IMG/VR virus record: IMGVR_UViG_3300037311_000229
Coordinates: 1-27,817 of that record
DNA from: a virus
Lineage: Duplodnaviria > Caudoviricetes
Length of the DNA stretch: 27,817 nt
Strand: one strand, 5' to 3'
Below, piece by piece: positions 7,231 to 16,700 of this stretch (positions within the stretch are counted from its first letter, which is position 1; each line of letters begins with the position of its first letter). A model generated the notes under the pieces. It was not told the origin of the DNA. It worked only from the letters and a program-made list of their open reading frames with translations, and did not search any database. Both the position numbers and the translations under genes were made by a program.

Positions 7231-9489
7231 GTCCTCGAACCCCTCCGGGTAGACCCATACGGCGGGGTTCTCGACATCCATGCAGAACCCGGACTGAGCG
7301 CACTTGAAGTGGCTCGGCAGGACCGGGCGGGCGGTTGTCGTGACCTCGCCGGTCGTGGGATCGACGCGATCAACGGGTGCGCCGAACGTCATGCCCTCGA
7401 CGCAGAGATAGCCGAACCGAGACCGCGTTACGGGGAAGCCGAACTCCGAGGGGACACGCAGGAATTTCACGAATCCCTTGGTCGCCAGCACGCTCAGGCG
7501 CTCGCGGATCGTGTGCTTGCTGCCGAGCCCGTTCTGGTTCTCGAACTTCTCGGCGAACTGCATCGTTGTGTAGAGGCGTTCGCTGGCCGCCTCATCGAGC
7601 AGCATGCCGAGGATGACGTCATGCTTACGCAGCCGTTCGGCATCGAGCTTTGCACCGACCTTCTTGCGCACCAGGCGCTCGGATTTCGGATCGAGCATGA
7701 TCCAGCGGCCTTGCCGCTTGTCGATGAGGATGGGATCGATCGCGGGGCCGTTGCGCAGTTCGAACTCGAGGCGGCGCTCGGGGCGCTCCTCATCGGGGCG
7801 ATGCATGAGGTTGCCGGCGCTGTAGAAGCCGCGCAGCGCGCTGGCGCCGGCGAGCGTCAGGAACGGATCCTCGGCGATCTGCTTCTTCTGCGCCTTGCGG
7901 GTGTGGTGGCAGAGGATCAGCCCGGCATCGGGGGCGGCGGCGTTGCGCAGCGCCTCCACCCGCGCCTGCAGGAAGAACAGCATCGCGTCATTGTCGTTCT
8001 CGCCGCCGCCGTCGGGACCGCCGTCGAACAGGTTGCGAATCGGATCGATGCACAGAATGTCCGGGCGCTCGTTCTCGAACGCGCCGAGGATCGCGGCTTC
8101 GACCAGGCCAAGGCCACGCCCGTCTAGGATGAGCCGGAGCTTCGGCGTCACGACGAGATTGTCGCGCGCAATGGCGAGGACCGGCTTCGGCAGGCTGAGG
8201 CCCTGCAGCCGTTCGCGCAGGTAGTGGTAGTCGATCTCCGCCTGAAGGTAGAACACGCGCAGAGGGCGCGGCGGCTTGAAACAGAGAAACGCCGCCCCCG
8301 CCGCCATGTGCGCGAGCAGGCTGATCAGGAAATCGCTCTTGCCGACCTTCGGCGCGCCGCCGAGCACCAGCATGCCACCGGGCGTGAGCACGCGCGGCGC
8401 GATGATGTCGGCCGGCATGGGGCTCTTGTCGTCGATCAGCGCGCCGAGCGTGAAGGCAGGGATCGATGCGACCGGTGCGTGGCCAAGCGTCAGACCGGGT
8501 CCGTTGCGGGCCACATGCCGGCGCCAGAGGCGATCGAATTCCGCATCGATGCGTTCCGGCGGCGAGGGCGGATCGAGGCAGGCCTGGTTGAACTCCTGGA
8601 TCGCGCGCCGGGCCTAGTCCTCGGTCTCGCGCCCCTCATGAACGAGCCGGACATGATGGCCGATCGCCATGCTGGCCGCTTCGAAGCGGGTGACGGGATC
8701 GACGCCGCCCGCGCGGGTGCGACGGGACAGGACGTCATCGAGCGTCGGCTTGTCAGGCGTTGCGTGCGTCTGGATGGGCGGTGCGAGACCCGGAAGCGCC
8801 GGCATCGCCTCGACCGCGTCGGCGAATTCACGCAGGTCGCTTTCGGCTGCGGAGCTCTCACGGATGGCGACAAGGCGCGAGGCTCCGCCCTTGAAGTAGA
8901 TCGATCCCGCGACGCGGATCGGCTGATGTGCCGAGCGAAAATGCGGATCGCCGCCGACCTTGTCGGCAATCAGCCCTCGCAGCGCGCAGACGAGATCGAC
9001 GTCGGCGCCTTCGGCGGGTTCATTGAGCCGCCACCAGACATGCAGCTTCGGCGCGCGGGTTTCCGTGCGGCCACCGCTTTCGACCACCATCACCGGTGAC
9101 GGCAGGTACTGTCTGAGGTGAGAGAGCTTTGCTTGCGTCTCACCGGAGTCGAGGTCGACGACGATGGTCTGGATCTGCCGGACGTCCTCGGCCTTGGCCT
9201 GACCCGCCTCTGCGACGCTTCCGGGCACGACGTAGAGCGCCGCGCCTTCGCGCGCGGCCCAGATGGCCGATGTCGCGATCTTCGTGGCGGCGTCGCGATC
9301 CGCTTCGATCCAGGCGGTGTGGGGGCGGCCCGAGCTTCCTTTCTCGGCAAGGCCGCGCACAGGGACCAGCCCATCACAATAGCCGAAGACGCGGTCGATG
9401 AAGAGCGCGATGGTGTCCTGGTCCGGCGTGAGCATGGGCTCGGCCGCGGACCGGGCATCGCTGGATCGCGGGTTCGCGTCAGCGCTCAT
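7204..9489 (-). pseudogene. RepB'-like primase fused to AAA_25/RepA-like helicase, in-frame TAG at 8614-8616
   Basis: Start ATG 9489 (ATGA-coupled). Primase motifs VDLD, VESGG, KLHVWWRL, QPIRVAGS. The frame continues past TAG (..ETED*ARRAIQEFNQ..) into GAPKVGKS, IDPIRN, LCHHTRK. Confidence 0.85.
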
Positions 9490-10243
9490 CCGGGCAGCCT
9501 CCAGCAACGCTCGGCCCATGGGCAGAAGCGGCACTCGAAGTGCGTCGGGTCGTGCGCGATGCGCGGCAGCAGTTCGTGCGCGTCGGTGGCGCGCAGGATG
9601 CGCACGGCGCGGTCGCTCGCGGCCTGAGCCCGGCCCGCGTCGAAGGGCACGAGCTCGTGGTGAAGCTCGGCGGTATCCTTGTTGATGGCGGTGAAGAGCG
9701 CTGGATGCTCCGAGACGCCCGGCAGCGCAGGCTCCAGATAGGCCTGATAGATCGCGATCTGGACAGCGCAGATCGGCTTTGAGAGGACGACGCCCTTGGC
9801 GACGGTCTCCCGCCACGCCTTGGCGTTCATCGTCTTGCATTCCCACAGTGCCGGAACCTGAAGGACCGGCATGTCGGGAGTCCCGATCACCACGCCGTCG
9901 ACATGACCGCGGATACGCCCGCCCGCGACGGAAAAGCCGATCTGTCCGCCGTCCCATGTGCGCGTGACGAGATCGAGGCCGCTTGCACGCAGCAGCGAAC
10001 GGCGACCTCTTCGAGAGCATGACCGATCTCGAAGATCCGAAGGGTCCGGCCATCGAGGCTCGCGCCGGGATCACGGGGGGTGTCCGTGAACTCGAACTGA
10101 AGCGCGCGATCGCAGGTGACGCCGAGGCGGGAGGCGCCGAGATAGCCGCGCGCCGGGACGGCAGCGCGTTCACCTGCAATGGCCGCATCGATGCGCTGGT
10201 TCAGGTGGTCGGCAAAGGTCGTGCGTGAATTGAAGTCGAGCAT
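9486..10243 (-). pseudogene. PD-(D/E)XK (Cas4/RecB-like) exonuclease with a 1-bp deletion at ~9993
   Basis: YLGASRLG..C..GH.LE in frame 1. Restoring one G (TG->TGG) gives RWLRASGLDL..IRGHVDGV.. and joins LWECK, QIAIYQ and CRFCPWAERC. Confidence 0.85.
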
Positions 10244-10647
10244 CAGAACGGAATCTCCGTGCTCGCCTGCGCGGCGCTCGCCGCCATCGCTTCCTGAAAG
10301 CTGCCGATGGCGGCTTCGATCAGGGTCAGCACCTGCGTTTCGGAGAGGCTGGCGAGCGGCGTCGTCCAGCCGATCTCCTCCATGAGTTCGGCGACGGGCC
10401 GGAGCGCGGCACGCATGGCGGCGCGTTCCTGTTCGGTCAGATCAACCACGGAACGCCTCCGTGCCAACGAGGACCAGAAGGCCTGACAGCTGATCGAGCA
10501 GAACCAGCGCTCCGGGCGCGGCCGGCTCGTACGGAAGGGCTCGCGCCAGCCAAAGCCGCGTGATGGTCTCCAGCAGACGGCGCACGGGATGCCCTTCGGG
10601 TGCCAGAGACGCTCCCGGTCCGACATCGGTTGCGGCGAAGGTGTCAT
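10243..10647 (-). CDS. DUF6511-like protein with N-terminal Cys motifs
   Basis: CAVC..FCSISC, then 'DLTEQERAA..LMEEIGW..L..LIEAAI..FQ..IPF'. An internal GGAGG-GTG start is possible. Confidence 0.7.
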   Translation of the reverse strand: MTPSPQPMSDRERLWHPKGIPCAVCWRPSRGFGWREPFRTSRPRPERWFCSISCQAFWSSLARRRSVVDLTEQERAAMRAALRPVAELMEEIGWTTPLASLSETQVLTLIEAAIGSFQEAMAASAAQASTEIPF

Positions 10648-10662
10648 GGGCGTCGCCTGTCA

Positions 10663-12345
10663 TCACGCCGCCCTCGCCAGCGCATCGCGATCAGCCCCGA
10701 ACACGAGCCGACGGATCGCCGACTTGTTGAACTGGAAGGCGATCAGCGCGGAGGCCTGGTAGCGGGTCAGACCGAAGTCTTGGCCGTACTCCGTCGGCAG
10801 CAACGCCAGCTGCTTGGTCGTAGCGGGCTGCGAGAGCCAGCGGCGGGTCTTATGCGCGGTCTCGTCGCTCTCGTGCTCGTTCAGCCAGTCATCGGCGGAA
10901 GCCAGACAGACCATGCGCTCGCCAGTGCCGACGAGCGTGGTTGGTTGGCCCTGCCGGCCGCCCACCGCGTACCAGCGCCCGTTCAGGAAGAAGACGCCCG
11001 CCCAGGCGGAGAAGCCGGTCGCGACCAGCGCGGCATCGTCGCCGAACAGATCGCACCACTTGAAGCTCGACCGCGTCAGGAGATCGATCTCACTCATCAC
11101 GAAGTCGCCGAGCGGCTGCGGCGCATCCGAGGCGTCGTCGCAGGTGAAGGCATGGCCGCAGAGCGGGCAATCCCGCGATGAGAGCGGGATGATCGCATCG
11201 CAGGACGGGCATGTCTTGGTTGGCGCTTCCCCGGTCGGCTCGCGGCCGTCGAGATCGACATCCTGCTCCAGCGAGCCGTGCAGCAGCGTGGACGTGCCGA
11301 AATCCAGGACGACACAATCCGTCTTGACGACGCCCGGGTGTTCCTGCGGGTTCACCGTGCGCAAGCCGCGGCCAACCATCTGGACCATGGTCGAACGCCA
11401 GGAACTCGGGCGCAGCAGCACGACGCAGGAGGTCGGCGGGTGGTCCCAACCCTCGGTCAGGACCGCCACGTTGACGATGACGCGCGCTCGGGCCTCGGCG
11501 AAGTCGGCGAGAGCAGCCTTGCGGCTTGCCTCCGTCATCTCGCCGGTGACCAGCACGGTCGGCACGTCGGCTTCACGGAAGGCGTTCGCGACAGCGGTGG
11601 CGTGGGCGACATCGGCGCAGAACACGACCGTCTGCCGATCACCTGCCTTTTCGCGCCAATGGCGGATCACGGCGTCCGTCACGGGCGTCCGGTTCATCAC
11701 CTTGGCGACCTCGGCCATGTCGAAATCCTCGGCGGTCTTGCGGACCCGGCCGAGATCGGACTGGACGCCAACGTCGATCACGAATGTTCGCGGCGGCACG
11801 AGGTGGCCGGAGGCGATGAGCTCGCCGATCCGGATCTGGTCGGCGACATTCGAGAAAACCGGGCGAAGGCCCTTGCGATCGCCACGGTTCGGCGTCGCCG
11901 TCACGCCATAGATCAGCGCCTTCGGGTTGCGCGTCTGGACCCGGTCGATGATGCGCCGGTAGCCATCGGCGGCGGCATGATGCGCTTCGTCGATGACGAG
12001 AAGATCGAGCGCCGGGAGTTGGTCGAGATTGCTTTCGCGCGCGAGCGTCGGCGCCATGGCGAAGGTGGCGCGCCCCTGCCAGGACTTCTCGCCCGCATCG
12101 ACCACGGAGGTCGACAGGCCCGGATTGACCCGGGCGAACTTGGCGCGGTTCTGCGCCGTCAACTCGTCGCGATGCGCGAGCACGCAGGCCTTCGTGTCGC
12201 GCTCTTTCAGGATCTCGCCGACCACGCCGGACAGCATGATCGTCTTGCCTGCGCCGGTGGGCGCCACGCCGATCGTGTTGCCGTGGCTGCGCAGCGCCGC
12301 GACGCTGCGCTCCACGAAGAGTTTCTGGCGGGGGCGAAGCAGCAT
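10663..12345 (-). CDS. SF2 DEAH helicase (RadD/YejH-like) with zinc ribbon
   Basis: APTGAGKT, DEAHH, TAT, LTEGWD, QMVGRGLR, CPSC..CPLC. Confidence 0.93.
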   Translation of the reverse strand: MLLRPRQKLFVERSVAALRSHGNTIGVAPTGAGKTIMLSGVVGEILKERDTKACVLAHRDELTAQNRAKFARVNPGLSTSVVDAGEKSWQGRATFAMAPTLARESNLDQLPALDLLVIDEAHHAAADGYRRIIDRVQTRNPKALIYGVTATPNRGDRKGLRPVFSNVADQIRIGELIASGHLVPPRTFVIDVGVQSDLGRVRKTAEDFDMAEVAKVMNRTPVTDAVIRHWREKAGDRQTVVFCADVAHATAVANAFREADVPTVLVTGEMTEASRKAALADFAEARARVIVNVAVLTEGWDHPPTSCVVLLRPSSWRSTMVQMVGRGLRTVNPQEHPGVVKTDCVVLDFGTSTLLHGSLEQDVDLDGREPTGEAPTKTCPSCDAIIPLSSRDCPLCGHAFTCDDASDAPQPLGDFVMSEIDLLTRSSFKWCDLFGDDAALVATGFSAWAGVFFLNGRWYAVGGRQGQPTTLVGTGERMVCLASADDWLNEHESDETAHKTRRWLSQPATTKQLALLPTEYGQDFGLTRYQASALIAFQFNKSAIRRLVFGADRDALARAA

Positions 12346-12354
12346 GGCGTCGGC

Positions 12355-12951
12355 TCACTGCGCCCAAGAGGGACGCATGCTGGCCGCCGGAGCCGCCGCA
12401 GGCTGGGCTGCCGTCGGCGCAGCGCCGCCGCTCTGGAAACCGAAGGACTGCGCCACCGGCCCCATGACCCCGGCGTATTCCTTGTGGTCGGGCGTGACGG
12501 CGGTCCTGATCTCGTTCTTCGGATCGCCATTGGTGTCGGTGCCGACATCGATCTTGGCGACGAACTCGATGCCATCGAGATCACTGAGCCCGCGGATGCG
12601 CCGGGCGGACTGGGCCTGAGGCGAGACGTCCTTGTCGGAAATGCCGCGCGCCGAGTTGAGGATCGCACGCACCAGCGCCCGGCCCATATTGCCCCAGTCC
12701 GGGCCCTTCGGGCTGTAGAGCCCGATCAGCGAGAAGATCTTGCGCCGGGCGTACGGGCCTTCGAGCACCGTGAACTCGGCATTGAGGTAGACCGCGCCGG
12801 TGGATCCGCGCGTCGCATAGCCGCCGGTCCATCCCTGGCTCGGATCGTCGTAGCCGCCAGGGCGGATCGAGAGGCGAACCTTGGCGATCGCGCCCTTCGG
12901 GATGACGCTGGTGGTCGACCTGGCGTCGTTGAAGTCATTCCAGTTGGACAT
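12355..12951 (-). CDS. Putative phage ssDNA-binding protein (DUF669-like)
   Basis: 'YLNAEFTVLEGPYARRKIF', KNEI, Ala/Pro tail ending RPSWAQ; sits next to the Sak4-like ATPase. Confidence 0.7.
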   Translation of the reverse strand: MSNWNDFNDARSTTSVIPKGAIAKVRLSIRPGGYDDPSQGWTGGYATRGSTGAVYLNAEFTVLEGPYARRKIFSLIGLYSPKGPDWGNMGRALVRAILNSARGISDKDVSPQAQSARRIRGLSDLDGIEFVAKIDVGTDTNGDPKNEIRTAVTPDHKEYAGVMGPVAQSFGFQSGGAAPTAAQPAAAPAASMRPSWAQ

Positions 12952-12957
12952 GATGGA

Positions 12958-13833
12958 TCACTCCTTGGTCTGGTCGTTCGAAGCGGCGTGGGACGGGGTC
13001 GAGGCCGGCAGGCGGCCGGAGAAGTCGAGCGGCTGGCGCGAGGGCTCGCGGATCTTCGTCATGAGGCGTCCGAGATGCGGCTCCTCGACCATGTCGAGAC
13101 GACCGCTGCGGTCCTTCGCGGGAAAGCCGAACGGGTTCAGGGTCTGACAGATGAAGGCGCGGCGGTTCGTGCCGTCCTCGGCCTTCACCTCGGCCATCGT
13201 CAGGACCTCGTCGACGATGCCGGGCAATTCGAGGCCGGTCTTGGAGCCGTCGATCTGGGGCGAGAACACGCGCCGATTGAAGTCGTCGAGCCGCTCATCG
13301 AGAATGCCGACGAACCAGACATTCTTCGCTCGGGCGTGCTGCAGCTGGGTGAGCCAGCCGATCATCTCCCGGCCATGGAGACCGTAGGCGCCGCGCACGT
13401 CGGGCTTGCCGGTCTTTTCAGACATCGCCTCGGGTTGCCCGCGACACCACTGGAAGCAGAGCCGGCCGGCGACGGTGATCGAGTCGACGAAGATCGTCTC
13501 GTAGCGATCGAGCACGCTCGGCGGCCCGAAGCGCTCGGCGACCGCCGCGAAATGCGCCTCGCCATAGGCCTGGTCGGAGCGCAGCGCTGGGTTCGGCCCG
13601 CCGATGAAGACAGCCAGATCGCGGCATTTAGCCCAGGTGCGCGGACGCAATGCGTCGCCCGTCCATCCCTCGATGGCGAGGTCTCCCGCCTCGAGGTCGA
13701 GGAAGAGCGTCGTCTTCGGATCAAGCGTCCAGAGCAGGCTCGTCTTGCCGATCCCGGACTTGCCGAAGATGCAGCCCTTGACGCCGCGGGCTTCGGCAAG
13801 GCGCTGATCGGCGGTGATGATCGGGAGCGCCAT
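12958..13833 (-). CDS. AAA_24 / Sak4-like recombination ATPase
   Basis: GKSGIGKT, LDLEAG, FVDSIT, PAKDRSG. Confidence 0.85.
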   Translation of the reverse strand: MALPIITADQRLAEARGVKGCIFGKSGIGKTSLLWTLDPKTTLFLDLEAGDLAIEGWTGDALRPRTWAKCRDLAVFIGGPNPALRSDQAYGEAHFAAVAERFGPPSVLDRYETIFVDSITVAGRLCFQWCRGQPEAMSEKTGKPDVRGAYGLHGREMIGWLTQLQHARAKNVWFVGILDERLDDFNRRVFSPQIDGSKTGLELPGIVDEVLTMAEVKAEDGTNRRAFICQTLNPFGFPAKDRSGRLDMVEEPHLGRLMTKIREPSRQPLDFSGRLPASTPSHAASNDQTKE

Positions 13834-13835
13834 GA

Positions 13836-14159
13836 TCAGCGCTCCGCCTTGGCGCGGTTTGCGGCTTTGACCGCCCGATCTGCCCCGACGCCGCCGGCGT
13901 CACGCGCGATCTGCGAGAGCTTGCGCAGCGCATGCATCCGGTCGCCGATGGCGTTGAACTCGGCTTCGAGGCCCCGCAGCGCGAAGGCGATGTCGTCGAG
14001 CGTCGCCTCGGTGATGGGCCTCGCATCGACCGCGTCGTGACCGGGGCTTGCCGGAACGCGGATCGTCTCCGGCAAGGAGCCGAGGCTGTAATGGGATTTC
14101 TGCAGCGCCTTGATCGCCGACAGGGGCGCATCAGGAGTGGATTTGCCGAACGAAAACAT
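13836..14159 (-). CDS. Hypothetical protein, 107 aa
   Basis: AAGGA RBS, in operon, typical codon bias. Confidence 0.75.
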   Translation of the reverse strand: MFSFGKSTPDAPLSAIKALQKSHYSLGSLPETIRVPASPGHDAVDARPITEATLDDIAFALRGLEAEFNAIGDRMHALRKLSQIARDAGGVGADRAVKAANRAKAER

Positions 14160-14171
14160 GAGGTGGTCCTT

Positions 14172-14654
14172 TCAGTCGCGGAGCAGTCGGAAGGTCGGTT
14201 TGCCGGTCCTGAGCGTCCGGGCCGGCTCGAAGGTGCGGCGGATCGCGTCGGGCCAGGCGCCAAAGGCGCGCTCGGAGACCGAGAGGCTGATCTCCACGTA
14301 CTGGCTGGGGTCGTCGCCGGAGGCGCGGATCGTCTCGACGAGAGCGCCGAGCTTGGCCTGATCCCACTCGGTCTTCTTCGGCAGATCAGCGACGATGGTG
14401 ACCGTGCCGTCGGTGAAGCGGACGGTACCGGTGTCCTTGCCCAGAGCGACGCGGGCTTCACGCGCACGCTCGCCGAACTTCAGCGCGATGGCGCCGTCGA
14501 GCCAGTCCCTCAGCGATTTCGCGCTCTTCAGCGCCGCGTCAGCTTCGTCCTGCAGCACGGCCAGCACATCGGCCGGCAAGGCCGTGATCTCCGCGATCGG
14601 CATGGCGCGGAGCGCGTCGAGCGTCGGCAGGTTGTTGCGAGGATCGGTCATCAC
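14172..14654 (-). CDS. Conserved phage hypothetical protein, 160 aa
   Basis: GAGGAGG RBS, coupled to the upstream gene; 'GKDTGTVR..LPKK.EWDQ.KL'. Confidence 0.85.
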   Translation of the reverse strand: MMTDPRNNLPTLDALRAMPIAEITALPADVLAVLQDEADAALKSAKSLRDWLDGAIALKFGERAREARVALGKDTGTVRFTDGTVTIVADLPKKTEWDQAKLGALVETIRASGDDPSQYVEISLSVSERAFGAWPDAIRRTFEPARTLRTGKPTFRLLRD

Positions 14655-14992
14655 GCGACCTCCTCGGCGAGGAGCGCGGAGAGCGAGACCGGCGACGACT
14701 TCGGCTTCGGCCGCGCCACCGCGAGGTAGGAGAAGTCGTCAGGGCCGTGACGCCGCTGGACGAGATGCGCGAGCCCCTGTTCGGCCGCCCACATCGCGCG
14801 CCGTCCGAGCTTCAGGAGTTCGGTGCGGTCCTTGGGCGGAAGCCGGGTCGCCATCGGCATGCCGTCGAGGGCGAGGAACCCGCGATGGTATTCGAGGCAG
14901 TCGCCGGGCCCGGCCTGGCCGAGCCAGCCACAGAAGTCGATCTCCGAGATCCGGAGCCTCGCCGTCGAGAAAGGGATGATCGTGTTGCTCAT
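14651..14992 (-). CDS. Conserved phage hypothetical protein, 113 aa (first gene of replication operon)
   Basis: 'EIDFCGW..QA.PGD.LEYHRGFL..AEQGL.HLVQRR'; AGGAG RBS. Confidence 0.85.
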   Translation of the reverse strand: MSNTIIPFSTARLRISEIDFCGWLGQAGPGDCLEYHRGFLALDGMPMATRLPPKDRTELLKLGRRAMWAAEQGLAHLVQRRHGPDDFSYLAVARPKPKSSPVSLSALLAEEVA

Positions 14993-15000
14993 GAGCGGCT

Positions 15001-15031
15001 CCTACTCACCAGGTCCGGAAACCGTCTCAGG
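15001..15031 (-). promoter_or_regulatory. Candidate element-sigma promoter, copy 1 (replication operon)
   Basis: CCTGAGACGGTTTC-N9-TGAGTAGG on the minus strand; same boxes and spacing as 17955-17985. Confidence 0.7.
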
Positions 15032-15602
15032 CGGCCGCAAGGCCGCGGGCGAGGAGCGTCCCGCGCAGCGTCTGGATCCGGCGGTAGAGGCCAGCGCGAG
15101 AGCCGTGCCCCTCGGCCGCCAGCTCATCGACGCTCTTGGTCGTGAGCGCCGCGCACAGCACGCCATCCCGACGATCGAGCGCCCCGAGACAGCGCTCCAC
15201 ATCCAGCCGGATGGTGGACGTCGATGCGCCCTCGCCAGCCTGACCCCACACGGCCCCGAGGCCGCCATCGCTGGCAATCGTGTCGGCGAGAGTGTCCGAT
15301 TCACCGTCATTGATGGGCGCGTCGATCGAGGTCGGCTCGAAGCCGAACATGCGACGCTCGGCGATCATACGCCGCATGATCCGCGTGGCACGGTGCGCCA
15401 TCACGGTCGCGACGAACGCACCGATCGACCCGCGCGCGGGATCGAAAGCCGCCAGCCGCGCGAAGGCGTCCGTGATCAGATCCTGGCGAATGTCTTCGAG
15501 ATCATGGCGGGGCAGTCGCATCCGCCGCACCAGAGGGCGGGCAGCGGGATCGGCTTCGTGCAACAGCGTATGGAGCTGTTCCGGCGAGGGAGTGAAGGAC
15601 AT
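15027..15602 (-). CDS. Sigma-70-family (ECF-like) sigma factor
   Basis: Region 2 'DLEDIRQDL....FARLAAFDPARGSIGAFVATV', SIDAP linker, region 4-like 'DVERCLGALD..SRAGLYRRIQTLR'. Start 15602 or 15620. Confidence 0.8.
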   Translation of the reverse strand: MSFTPSPEQLHTLLHEADPAARPLVRRMRLPRHDLEDIRQDLITDAFARLAAFDPARGSIGAFVATVMAHRATRIMRRMIAERRMFGFEPTSIDAPINDGESDTLADTIASDGGLGAVWGQAGEGASTSTIRLDVERCLGALDRRDGVLCAALTTKSVDELAAEGHGSRAGLYRRIQTLRGTLLARGLAAA

Positions 15603-15663
15603 GGGGCAGAGCCTCGTCATCGGGTTTCGATGGCGAGACGGTGCCCATTCGAGCGGTTCGAAC

Positions 15664-15707
15664 CCTGTCGCGAAGCTCTCGTGAAGCTGCCGCGAACCTG
15701 TCGGCGC
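15664..15707 (-). promoter_or_regulatory. Four tandem 11-bp repeats upstream of the sigma gene
   Basis: Plus strand CCTGTCGCGAA | GCTCTCGTGAA | GCTGCCGCGAA | CCTGTCGGCGC. Confidence 0.6.
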
Positions 15708-16700
15708 TCAGAAGACGTGGATCTCGTTTATGGGGATCAGCAGACGGCAGCCCTGGCCGCGACCAGATTGGATCGGATAGGCCCCCTTCGGACCGTCAGT
15801 CATTCCGGCAGCCCGCAGCACCTTCCGGAGGTTGCTGACGACCTTGTCGATCTGCTCGTCGTTCCGGTCGTTGCTGCCGGTCGCGGCTTTCAAGGCATCC
15901 GCGAGGACATCGCGGCTGACCCAGCCGTCCTCGTTCGTGCGCTCGTTGACCAGTCGGACAAGCACTTGGAACTCTCGGCGCGGCAGCGACAGCAGCGTCC
16001 CATCGCAGCGCGCGCTGCCGCCCTCAACATCGACGGCAAGACGTGTTTGCGCTGATCGAGGTGTCTTGCTGACCGATGTCGGGATCTTGATCGCGAGCGG
16101 TTCAGACGCGTTGGCGTCGAGAAGTTCGTCGATTGCGGCGAGCGTGATGTCCGCGCCATCGAGTTGCCGTCGCACCGCCACGGGCAGATCGCGTTCGGTT
16201 GGCGTCAGGACGATGATGGGCAGGCCCCCGGCATGGGCCTTCAAGGCGAACGCGATGTCGACCGCAGTCTTTGCGCGCAGACGTCGTGCCAGGAAGTATT
16301 CAAGCCTGCGACTGCCGGTTCCGATCGCGCCGAGCCAGAATGCGCTGACGCCCACCGGCTCGACAGGTCTTCCCGCCAGCACGCTGGAAGCCCGCCGCAA
16401 CTGGCGGCAGACTGCCATCATGTCGATGTCGAACTGACGGATCGACGTCGGATCGACCTCCGTCGTGATCCCGTCGCCGTCGAGGTTGACGGCGATTGCT
16501 CGACCGCCGCTGTGCTGGATCGCGAAGCCGTCGACATCCGATGGAGCTTCGCGCTCGACCAGCAATCCGAGCGTCATAAACTGGCGCACGATCTCCGGCG
16601 GCTGGTCGCGAAGATCGGCCCCATCGATGATCCTGATCGGATGCTGATCACTCCGCTGCAACAGCAGTCGCGACAGGCTGACGTGTAAGGCGGATGCCAT
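15708..16700 (-). CDS. Transcriptional regulator with C-terminal OmpR/PhoB-type winged helix
   Basis: 'DGTLLSLPRREFQVLVRL..GWVSRDVL..IDKVVSNLRKVL..IQSGRGQGCRL'; no receiver domain; start uncertain (16700/16709); overlaps the upstream gene's end. Confidence 0.75.
   Translation of the reverse strand: MASALHVSLSRLLLQRSDQHPIRIIDGADLRDQPPEIVRQFMTLGLLVEREAPSDVDGFAIQHSGGRAIAVNLDGDGITTEVDPTSIRQFDIDMMAVCRQLRRASSVLAGRPVEPVGVSAFWLGAIGTGSRRLEYFLARRLRAKTAVDIAFALKAHAGGLPIIVLTPTERDLPVAVRRQLDGADITLAAIDELLDANASEPLAIKIPTSVSKTPRSAQTRLAVDVEGGSARCDGTLLSLPRREFQVLVRLVNERTNEDGWVSRDVLADALKAATGSNDRNDEQIDKVVSNLRKVLRAAGMTDGPKGAYPIQSGRGQGCRLLIPINEIHVF

Noticed and set aside
9490-10188. N-terminal extension of the 524-aa ORF
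   Set aside because: Out-of-frame overlap with the nuclease gene; the real start is the ATGA-coupled ATG at 9489.
11278-14040. 920-aa plus-strand ORF
   Set aside because: Antisense shadow of the helicase, SSB and Sak4 genes; common in high-GC DNA; no motifs or RBS.
14823-16055. 410-aa plus-strand ORF
   Set aside because: Antisense to the sigma and wHTH genes; Arg/Pro-rich shadow composition.
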